Below, one piece after another: positions 7,516 through 14,762 of a stretch of DNA of 41,130 nucleotides. Location: assembly GCA_964408055.1 (NCBI GenBank), contig CAYOXV010000003.1:1437-42566 (forward strand), read 5' to 3'. Numbering within the stretch: position 1 is the first letter of the stretch; every line of letters starts with the position of its first letter. Below the pieces are notes generated by a model. That model was not told where the DNA came from, made no database searches, and saw nothing but the letters and a program-made list of their open reading frames with translations. The stretch is from an uncultured Gammaproteobacteria bacterium. Lineage in GTDB: Bacteria > Patescibacteriota > Microgenomatia > UBA12405. The position numbers were made by a program, and so were the translations under genes.

Positions 7516-9165
7516 ATGAAATTAAAAATTAGAAATATTATCAATCGTCTCAATCGTCGTGATCTCACCCCAACCCTAAAAATCCCCAAATTTTTTAAAT
7601 TTACCCTTATCCTAATAATAATTGTTTCTACTTTCTTTTTAGTCAAAAACAATTTCACTAAAGCCGAAGAAGTTTCAATTTATACTGAACAAGGAATTGA
7701 AAATCATCCTGTCCTAACAGAACAAAATAACCGTGAGAATGGAAATAATTTATCAAGCTGGACCAATTCTTCATTAGCTGCCAATGCCGGTGCTGGGTTG
7801 GAAGCCACTTCTGGAAAATTTGAAACAGATAAATTAGGTAAAATTAGCTGGGTTCCCGGAGGAATGATTGGTCAAACCACAAAATATATTGGTTATCTCT
7901 ACAATGCTCCTGCTTCCGGTACCCTTTATATTGCTGACAATGTCAACAATTTCATTGGTAAACCTGCCTATGCTCAAAGTGGAATTGGCTATACTGGGTT
8001 ACAACCACTTCTCCCAATTTGGAAAATTTTTAGAGACATTATTTATATAATAATCTCTCTTGTTTTTGTGGTTATTGGACTTTTAATTATGCTTCGAGTC
8101 AAGATTAGTCCCCAAGCTGTTATCACTATCCAAAGTGCTATTCCAAAACTAATCAGCTCTCTTATCTTAGTTACTTTTTCTTATGCCATTGCTGGTCTAC
8201 TTATTGATTTAAGTTATGTTCTCCCAGGTCTAATCATTACCCTCTTCCTAAAATCACCTGCTATTAATGCTATTTATCAAGCCATGCTCTCTAACCAAAT
8301 TGAAGCTCTTAAATTATTTTTTACCAATCTCACAGATATCAATGCTACTGTTCTTAATAATGACTTTTTAAACGGTGCTATAAATCCAAATCCCTATATT
8401 CTTTTCGCTTATGTTGGTCAAATGGCCCCAATGGCAAATGTTATGGGAGTGTTAGTTTTACTTGGGCTTGCCCTAACCCCTACAATGGGAATAAGCGTCA
8501 TTCTTGGTGTCGTTGCTGCTATTCTTGCTCCTTTAATTCTTTCTATCATGATTCTAATTTGGATGATTAAGTTCTTTGTTGGTTTACTTAAGTGTTATTT
8601 CAATGTTATTTTAAAAATTATTTTAGCTCCTTTAGAAATTGGCTTAGGCGCTATCCCAAATATGAAATTAGGTTTTGGTAGTTGGTTTATCGGACTAGTC
8701 GCTAACCTTATTGTTTTCCCAGCCTGCACTCTCTTTATATTATTAGTTGTTATTGTTGTCCATACTATTCCTAATTTAGGTCTTTGGGCTCCAGATTTAA
8801 TTCAACTTACAGATGCTAGTTTTATTGCCAAAACTTGTATTGGCCTTGGAGCTCTTATGCTTCTCCCTAAACTTCCAAAATTAATTCCAGAAGCTATCTT
8901 CCAACTCAAACCATCACCATTTGGTACTGCTATTGGTGAAAGTGCTAAACCACTTGGTAATTTTGGTAAAGGTATTGGTAATACGGTTGTTAGTGGTGCC
9001 CGTGGAGGAATTGGTGATGCTATTGGAAACAGAGTTGCAGGAAGCAACTCTAGATTAGGTAATTGGATTTCTGGTGGTAGACCTCCAGTAGGTGGTGGTA
9101 ATCCTCCAGCAGGTGGTGGTAATCCTCCAGCAGGTGGTGGTAATCCTGGCCCTCATACTCCTTAA
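7516..9165 (+). CDS. VirB6/TrbL-like polytopic T4SS membrane protein with a Gly/Pro repeat tail
   Basis: The 549-aa ORF has an N-terminal anchor, a ~130-aa exposed segment, then many TM helices. The C-terminal tail is glycine-rich and ends GGGNPPAGGGNPPAGGGNPGPHTP. The gene sits directly after the pilin and wall-enzyme genes. Confidence 0.5.
   Translation: MKLKIRNIINRLNRRDLTPTLKIPKFFKFTLILIIIVSTFFLVKNNFTKAEEVSIYTEQGIENHPVLTEQNNRENGNNLSSWTNSSLAANAGAGLEATSGKFETDKLGKISWVPGGMIGQTTKYIGYLYNAPASGTLYIADNVNNFIGKPAYAQSGIGYTGLQPLLPIWKIFRDIIYIIISLVFVVIGLLIMLRVKISPQAVITIQSAIPKLISSLILVTFSYAIAGLLIDLSYVLPGLIITLFLKSPAINAIYQAMLSNQIEALKLFFTNLTDINATVLNNDFLNGAINPNPYILFAYVGQMAPMANVMGVLVLLGLALTPTMGISVILGVVAAILAPLILSIMILIWMIKFFVGLLKCYFNVILKIILAPLEIGLGAIPNMKLGFGSWFIGLVANLIVFPACTLFILLVVIVVHTIPNLGLWAPDLIQLTDASFIAKTCIGLGALMLLPKLPKLIPEAIFQLKPSPFGTAIGESAKPLGNFGKGIGNTVVSGARGGIGDAIGNRVAGSNSRLGNWISGGRPPVGGGNPPAGGGNPPAGGGNPGPHTP
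9073..9150 (+). repeat. Tandem 21-bp coding repeat (GGTGGTGGTAATCCTCCAGCA; two full copies, plus a truncated 18-nt third copy and a degenerate leading copy)
   Basis: Copies at 9091-9111 and 9112-9132 are identical. A partial copy lies at 9133-9150 and a degenerate copy at 9073-9090. Together they encode the GGGNPPA repeats. Confidence 0.85.
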
Positions 9166-9283
9166 TTTATTTAAAAAATATGAACAAATCACTAAAAATC
9201 AAAAATAAATCAAAAATAAAACTCACTACTAAAAAAGTAATCCCTCCTCAAACAAAACCAAAATTAGCCCCTTAAACAGTTTT

Positions 9284-11620
9284 TTATTTACCCTTTATTC
9301 CATCAATAAAACCTTTAAAAAAGACTCTTCTTCCTGCCCTTCTTCTACTTAATGACATTGCTTGTGCAAAATTATATTCTTTACCACTAGATTCATCATG
9401 AGCAATAACTTGACTACTTATCCAATTCCACATACCCTCATTTAAAAAAGAATCAGCTGTTGTAGATAATTTAGTCTCCACCATTGCCTTCCTCAAATCC
9501 ATTAAATTATAATTATCCCAACCTAATCCATCTTTAGTTGCAACCAATTCCAACACACCCAAAGCATATTTTGAACGTAAACCCTTTTTACCTTCACGTG
9601 ATTTTTTCCCTACTATTTCTTCTCCATTCACCAAAAATTTTTCACCAACTTTTTTAACATCATTGTCCACTCCATTGATCTTATATTTTGAAACTCTCTT
9701 TCCTGTCCGATAATCATAATCATAACTAAGTTCTACTTCCTTCCACCCTAAACCAGGTAAATTAACTATATCTACAGAAGGATCTGTTTTACTAAAACAA
9801 TCCACAATAGAATTAAAATAATTAGCCCCAACCGCAACCATTTTCTTAGGATCTGGTGCATTGTCTAAAAACGCCTGTTTAACAGGTAAAACTTTACTCA
9901 TCATTTCCTGTGTAAAATAATATACAAAAGTATTTTTTTCATTATTACCTTCAACGAAAATATCTTTCGCCTCAATCATTCCTGTATCGTATCGACCAGA
10001 CATTCTTCTTAACCATCCTGGAGTCAAACTTTGGACATCCATATTAGACATTGCTCCCACATTTTTACCTTTTCTTGCATCATCAGCCCTATAATAAGCA
10101 AAATGAACACATTCAGCAAAATCATCACCATTGACTAATCCAAAATTAAAAGTAGATCTTTCCCCTGAGGCACTTACTAATTTATGTGCCAATTGATATG
10201 CTTTAGCTGCATCCATTCCAGTAGATTCTTTTATTTTTTTAATGATATAAGTATCCACTTTTTGTTTTCTACTTGAATTAGAATCCATCCAATATCCATT
10301 TACAAAACCCTCTATAGTCGTTCCCTTATCGTAAGGAGGATTAACCAATTTAAGTTTTAAAAGATCTATCGCCTCATCAGGACTAATTTTCATATCAGGG
10401 TCAGCTACCATTTCCTCTAAAACTTTTTTATAATCAAAATTAGCTCTTTGAATCCAATCCCAAGCCTCATCTACTGGTACACCAAACTTCTTTTTACCCG
10501 AATCACGTAATAAAAATTTTAACCTTTCTTCGGTAAGAACCCTATCCGCCTGTCCTATCTTGTCAACGGCCACTGATATTCCACCTCTATCTGATAATTT
10601 AAAAGCAGAATCTTCCATATAATAAGCCGAATCATGTAAAGCTAATCTCGATCTAATCATAAGATCTACATCCTTATAAGATATAACATCCGGATTAGTC
10701 GATTTTTCAGAATACATTTTTAATCTAACCTGATCCAATAAAGTATTTAATTGACGAGTATTTTCACTAATTTCATTAGTCGGGTAAGTTGAATTCTCTT
10801 GTCTATCCAACAAGACACTTGCATATTTAAAGGCTTTTTCTGGAGTACTAAGATCTGTTTCCTTATCCTTACCAAACACATCTTTAATTTTATCTGCTGC
10901 TTCACCAAATTTTTTAGCAGCCTCATCTATTTCCTTTCCATCACCAACTTTCCTTCCTGATTCTTCCATAACATTTTTAATTTCTTCTTTAATCCCAATA
11001 TCTTTCATTCTTTCTCTACATGTCTCAACATACATTCTAACCAAAGATCCACCATCTTCTCCATCTTTTTTCTCCCATTTTTTATAAAACTTTCCTCGAG
11101 TCTCATCACTTGCTTTGTCAAACAAACCTTCCTCTTCTATCCTCTTATTAATTATCAACAAATCACTTTCTTCTTCTTTTGTTATTTTCCTTTCTTTAAT
11201 AAATTTACCTACACCTTTCACTTCTTCTACAAGAAGACTATCAATATCTTCCGCTGATAATTGATCAGTAACTAAATCTTTTCCTAAAGCACTTGCATTC
11301 ATTGCTATAAAAACAGCATCAACCATACTATCCCTGTCAGATTCAGCCACTTTCTTATTACCATTAGGATTATCACAAGCTTCCAAAATCGATTCAAATG
11401 ATTTATATCCTGGAGTTCTCCCATATTTTTCCAAAACTCTCAAAGCCAATTCTGAACCCTTTTGTTTATCTTCGCTACCAAAAAACTCAACATTATTTTT
11501 AAGTAAATCAGAAGCATTTATTTGAGTATTTTTTATCTTATCTGTTTCTATCTTTACTTCAATGTTACGACTAAACCTCTCTTTAAAGAGATCGCCTCCC
11601 ATTGGTTGAATTTCACTCAT
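9284..11620 (-). CDS. Large hypothetical protein, no recognisable domain, no signal peptide or TM helix
   Basis: The 778-aa ORF is uninterrupted and has its own -10 box. I recognise no motifs in it. Confidence 0.6.
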   Translation of the reverse strand: MSEIQPMGGDLFKERFSRNIEVKIETDKIKNTQINASDLLKNNVEFFGSEDKQKGSELALRVLEKYGRTPGYKSFESILEACDNPNGNKKVAESDRDSMVDAVFIAMNASALGKDLVTDQLSAEDIDSLLVEEVKGVGKFIKERKITKEEESDLLIINKRIEEEGLFDKASDETRGKFYKKWEKKDGEDGGSLVRMYVETCRERMKDIGIKEEIKNVMEESGRKVGDGKEIDEAAKKFGEAADKIKDVFGKDKETDLSTPEKAFKYASVLLDRQENSTYPTNEISENTRQLNTLLDQVRLKMYSEKSTNPDVISYKDVDLMIRSRLALHDSAYYMEDSAFKLSDRGGISVAVDKIGQADRVLTEERLKFLLRDSGKKKFGVPVDEAWDWIQRANFDYKKVLEEMVADPDMKISPDEAIDLLKLKLVNPPYDKGTTIEGFVNGYWMDSNSSRKQKVDTYIIKKIKESTGMDAAKAYQLAHKLVSASGERSTFNFGLVNGDDFAECVHFAYYRADDARKGKNVGAMSNMDVQSLTPGWLRRMSGRYDTGMIEAKDIFVEGNNEKNTFVYYFTQEMMSKVLPVKQAFLDNAPDPKKMVAVGANYFNSIVDCFSKTDPSVDIVNLPGLGWKEVELSYDYDYRTGKRVSKYKINGVDNDVKKVGEKFLVNGEEIVGKKSREGKKGLRSKYALGVLELVATKDGLGWDNYNLMDLRKAMVETKLSTTADSFLNEGMWNWISSQVIAHDESSGKEYNFAQAMSLSRRRAGRRVFFKGFIDGIKGK

Positions 11621-11628
11621 ATGCCCAA

Positions 11629-11637
11629 ATTATACCA
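11629..11637 (-). promoter_or_regulatory. Extended -10 box (TGgTATAAT) 8 nt upstream of the ATG of the 778-aa gene
   Basis: The minus strand reads TGGTATAAT-TTGGGCAT-ATG. The box lies in the 23-nt gap after ftsH. Confidence 0.5.
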
Positions 11638-11643
11638 ATTTTA

Positions 11644-13617
11644 TTATTTCAATACCATCAATTCTTCAAATTCCTCTTCCCCTAAACTTTCTTTTTCCAT
11701 TAATACTTTAGCCACTCTTTCCAATTTTTTCTTGTTTTTAATTAAAACTCTTTTGGCCTCAGCAAATGCTTCATCAACTAATTTTTTAATTTCTCTATCT
11801 ACTTTTGACAACATCCTATCAGAAATTTTTGATGGTTCCATATAAGCTTTCCCAAAATCCCCTATATCAATTTGTGGTCCTAAATTTATTGGTCCTAATT
11901 CTGACATCCCCCATTCCACCACCATATTTCTAGCAATATTAGTTGCGTGAGAAATGTCTGATGATGCTCCAGTAGTAATGTCTTTAAAAATTATTTCTTC
12001 TGCCGCTCTTCCTCCCATAGCCATAGCCATTTGTTTTATCAACTTATCCTTTGTCATATGAATAATATCTTTCTTAGGCGGAATTAAGGTAAATCCTAAT
12101 GCCATTCCTCGTGAAACGATTGAAATCTTGGAAACTGGGTCAAGACCCTCTGCATGATTTACAATTGCATGTCCCGCCTCATGGTAAGCAGTCATTAATT
12201 TATCTTCATCAGTTTGATTTCTTCTTTTTTCTGATCCCATTTTTACCTTCAAAGATGCCTCTTCAATGTCCTTAGCCTCAATTTTAATTTTATTAACCCT
12301 AGCTGCTCCAATCGCTGCTTCATTTAACATATTTTCTAATTCTGCTCCCGAAAAACCCACTGTTCCTTTAGCCACCGTTTCCCAATTTACATCATCAGCA
12401 AATGGTTTCCCTTTAGCATGTATTGCTAAAATTTCTTTTCTTGCTTCAAGATCAGGCATTTCCAATACTACTCTTCTATCAAATCGGCCAGGTCTTAATA
12501 ATGCTGGATCAAGTAAATCTCCCCTATTAGTTGCTGCCAATACCACTATTGCTGTATTAGCTTCAAATCCATCCATTTCTACCAAAATTTGATTTAAAGT
12601 TTGTTCTCTTTCTCCATGACCACCATCCATTCCCCCTCTAACTCTTCCAATAGCATCAATTTCATCAATAAAAATAATTGCCTTTCCTGCTTTTTTAGCA
12701 GTTCCAAATAAATCTCTTACTCGTGAAGCTCCAACTCCTACCAACATTTCCATAAATTCTGATCCCGCCATTGAATAAAAAGGAACGTTTGCTTCTCCAG
12801 CTGCTGCCTTAGCTAATAAAGTTTTACCTACTCCACTTGGTCCTACTAATAAAACTCCCTTTGGTGCCCTAGCCCCCATTTTGTGATATTTTTCTGGATG
12901 TTTCAAAAAATCAACTACTTCCATCAAATCATCCTTGGCTTCTTTTACTCCAGCCACATCTTTAAAAGTCAAACTTTGTTTTCCTTTAACAAATAGTTTT
13001 GCTGTTGATTTCCCAAATCCAAACATACCACCACCGCCAGCCCCACCAGATTGTTTTCTTAAAAACCATAAAATAAATAAGATTGGTATTCCCACTGACA
13101 AAACTAATGTTAATACCTCACCCAACATTTTCCATCCCTGTTTATTATCAACTTTCAAATTAACTTGAGCTAAATCTACCCCTTCTTTTTGTAAAATTTC
13201 AGTTAAAGAAATTGAAGTTTCTTTTGAAGAAACCAAAACTTTATCTTCACTCTTTAGTTGCGCTAAAATTTCATTATCAGTCACTGTAATTTCTGAAATG
13301 TCATTTTTCTTAGCTGATTCAATTATCTGAGAAATCGGTACTTGTGATATATTTTCTGACACTAATAACTGTTTTAAAGTTGATATTACCCAAAAAATTA
13401 AAATTACGTAAATAATTGTCCTAATTATTTGTTTTGGTCCAATCTCAATTTTTTTAATTTTTACTCCTGGTGGTAAATTTTTCAAAAATTCATCATTAAT
13501 ATTTGATTTTTTATCCTGTTTTTTGGGATTTTCTTTATTCTCACCCGTTTTAACCTGGTCTTTAGAATCCTTTACCATTTTCTTAAATTTATTAAATATC
13601 TCTTGGCTTTTTTTCAT
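11644..13617 (-). CDS. ftsH: ATP-dependent zinc metalloprotease FtsH
   Basis: It has Walker A GPSGVGKTLLAKA, Walker B IIFIDEIDA, a second region of homology (ATNRGDLLDPALLRPGRFDR) and the zinc site HEAGHA, plus two N-terminal TM helices. I place the start at ATG 13617; the track GTG at 13623 falls between the -10 box and this ATG. Confidence 0.95.
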   Translation of the reverse strand: MKKSQEIFNKFKKMVKDSKDQVKTGENKENPKKQDKKSNINDEFLKNLPPGVKIKKIEIGPKQIIRTIIYVILIFWVISTLKQLLVSENISQVPISQIIESAKKNDISEITVTDNEILAQLKSEDKVLVSSKETSISLTEILQKEGVDLAQVNLKVDNKQGWKMLGEVLTLVLSVGIPILFILWFLRKQSGGAGGGGMFGFGKSTAKLFVKGKQSLTFKDVAGVKEAKDDLMEVVDFLKHPEKYHKMGARAPKGVLLVGPSGVGKTLLAKAAAGEANVPFYSMAGSEFMEMLVGVGASRVRDLFGTAKKAGKAIIFIDEIDAIGRVRGGMDGGHGEREQTLNQILVEMDGFEANTAIVVLAATNRGDLLDPALLRPGRFDRRVVLEMPDLEARKEILAIHAKGKPFADDVNWETVAKGTVGFSGAELENMLNEAAIGAARVNKIKIEAKDIEEASLKVKMGSEKRRNQTDEDKLMTAYHEAGHAIVNHAEGLDPVSKISIVSRGMALGFTLIPPKKDIIHMTKDKLIKQMAMAMGGRAAEEIIFKDITTGASSDISHATNIARNMVVEWGMSELGPINLGPQIDIGDFGKAYMEPSKISDRMLSKVDREIKKLVDEAFAEAKRVLIKNKKKLERVAKVLMEKESLGEEEFEELMVLK

Positions 13618-13623
13618 CCTCAC

Positions 13624-13629
13624 ATTATA
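13624..13629 (-). promoter_or_regulatory. -10 box (TATAAT) 6 nt upstream of the ftsH ATG
   Basis: The minus strand reads TATAAT-GTGAGG-ATG. Confidence 0.5.
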
Positions 13630-13653
13630 CCATTCAAGCCAATCTCTCCAAAC

Positions 13654-13662
13654 TGTTAAAAT
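13654..13662 (+). promoter_or_regulatory. Extended -10 box (TGtTAAAAT) 8 nt upstream of ATG 13671
   Basis: The sequence is TGTTAAAAT-aaattaat-ATG. Confidence 0.45.
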
Positions 13663-13670
13663 AAATTAAT

Positions 13671-14441
13671 ATGTCTGAAACCAAAAACGAAATTCCACAA
13701 GTCATTCAAGAAATTACCCAAGATCAAATCAGACAACAAAATCAAGAAACAACTTTAAAAATTCTAAACCAAAACTCTGAAATCAAAAAAATGATAAATA
13801 CTATTTCTGAAAACCATCAATTAAATAATTTTGAAGATAAAAGTAATATTCCTATTCCTTTTTCATTAATTGAAAGAAACAAAACTGATATTTTTCTTCA
13901 ATCACAAATCGTCACCGAATACCAAAAATTAGTTAAACAAATTAACTCTCCAAAATTAGCTTTTGAATATCCTTTTATCTTAGTCGGTCATCAACAAACA
14001 GATCCAGATGGTTATCAATATATTGTTTTTAATGAGTTGGTTCACACTCAAAAAGACGCCACCATTTTAGAAAAAAATGAAGTCGAACACGATCCAAACA
14101 AAATCAGACAAGCTTTAAAAAAAGGTGACGTTATTGCTCTTGGACATACTCACCCATATCTAACTGACAAAGAAACTTCCAATTATTTTACTAACAAAAT
14201 TAACCCCGATATTAAAGATGAATATCATATAAAAAGAATCGGTTTAAATCTATCTCTCCAAGATATTTACAACGGTATTCAACTTAAAAGAGGATTACCA
14301 AACAAAAATGTTTATTCCTGTTTAATTATGTACAATGGCGAAATTGGATTAATCGATCACAACCAAAATAGTATAACTAAGGCAAATAATATTATTGGTG
14401 TTACTGAAAAAGAAATAATAAACATTCCCTCACCTAATTAA
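13671..14441 (+). CDS. Hypothetical protein, possible divergent JAB/MPN-like metalloenzyme
   Basis: The 256-aa ORF contains, in order, FEYPFILVG, VIALGHTHPY and NLSLQDI. This resembles the E...HxH...SxxD JAMM signature, but with a long insertion between HxH and SxxD. Confidence 0.3.
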   Translation: MSETKNEIPQVIQEITQDQIRQQNQETTLKILNQNSEIKKMINTISENHQLNNFEDKSNIPIPFSLIERNKTDIFLQSQIVTEYQKLVKQINSPKLAFEYPFILVGHQQTDPDGYQYIVFNELVHTQKDATILEKNEVEHDPNKIRQALKKGDVIALGHTHPYLTDKETSNYFTNKINPDIKDEYHIKRIGLNLSLQDIYNGIQLKRGLPNKNVYSCLIMYNGEIGLIDHNQNSITKANNIIGVTEKEIINIPSPN

Positions 14442-14474
14442 ATTTTCCGCATTTTCCCCGTTTTTAAACCGCAA

Positions 14475-14762
14475 CTAATATTTACTCAACTCTATTAAAA
14501 GTTCTTTGTTATCATTTTTTGCCGCATCTACCCAAAAATCATGGTTACAACTTTCACATTTAAAATAAATCCTAAACTTTTCACTTCCATATTCACTTCT
14601 AATTGGCCTCATTAATCCTCGACAATGGCTCAACCTATCCCCTGGTATTTCCTCATCTACATGTTTCCCCCATAAACAAATTGGGCAATGATCAGTTGTT
14701 CCACTCCCAATTACCTTTTCTCCACAAACTTCACAAATAAAATCCTCCACTACTTTTTTCAT
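14475..14762 (-). CDS. RNHCP-domain zinc-ribbon protein
   Basis: The 95-aa ORF reads FICEVCGEKV...TDHCPICLWGKHVDEEIPGDRLSHCRGLMRPI...FKCESCNH. This matches the RNHCP domain pattern, with TDHCP in place of RNHCP. An ATGA start/stop overlap links it to the upstream gene. Confidence 0.65.
   Translation of the reverse strand: MKKVVEDFICEVCGEKVIGSGTTDHCPICLWGKHVDEEIPGDRLSHCRGLMRPIRSEYGSEKFRIYFKCESCNHDFWVDAAKNDNKELLIELSKY

Noticed and set aside
4635-8050. Several ORFs overlap the pilin, SpoIID-like and VirB6-like genes: 4635-4865(-), 5551-5883(-), 6217-6504(-), 7280-7501(+) and 7868-8050(+).
   Set aside because: They are antisense or out-of-frame shadows of genes with recognisable motifs. None has start-site signals or motifs of its own.
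9180-9275. A 31-codon lysine-rich ORF (MNKSLKIKNKSKIKLTTKKVIPPQTKPKLAP) lies in the convergent gap after the VirB6-like gene.
   Set aside because: It has no -10 box at the spacing seen for real genes here, and its composition is what A-rich spacer DNA yields. It cannot be supported without conservation or expression data.
14442-14474. The convergent spacer between the JAB-like and RNHCP genes might hold a terminator hairpin.
   Set aside because: I could not find a convincing stem. The CCGC/CCCCG strings do not pair into a stable hairpin followed by a T-tract.
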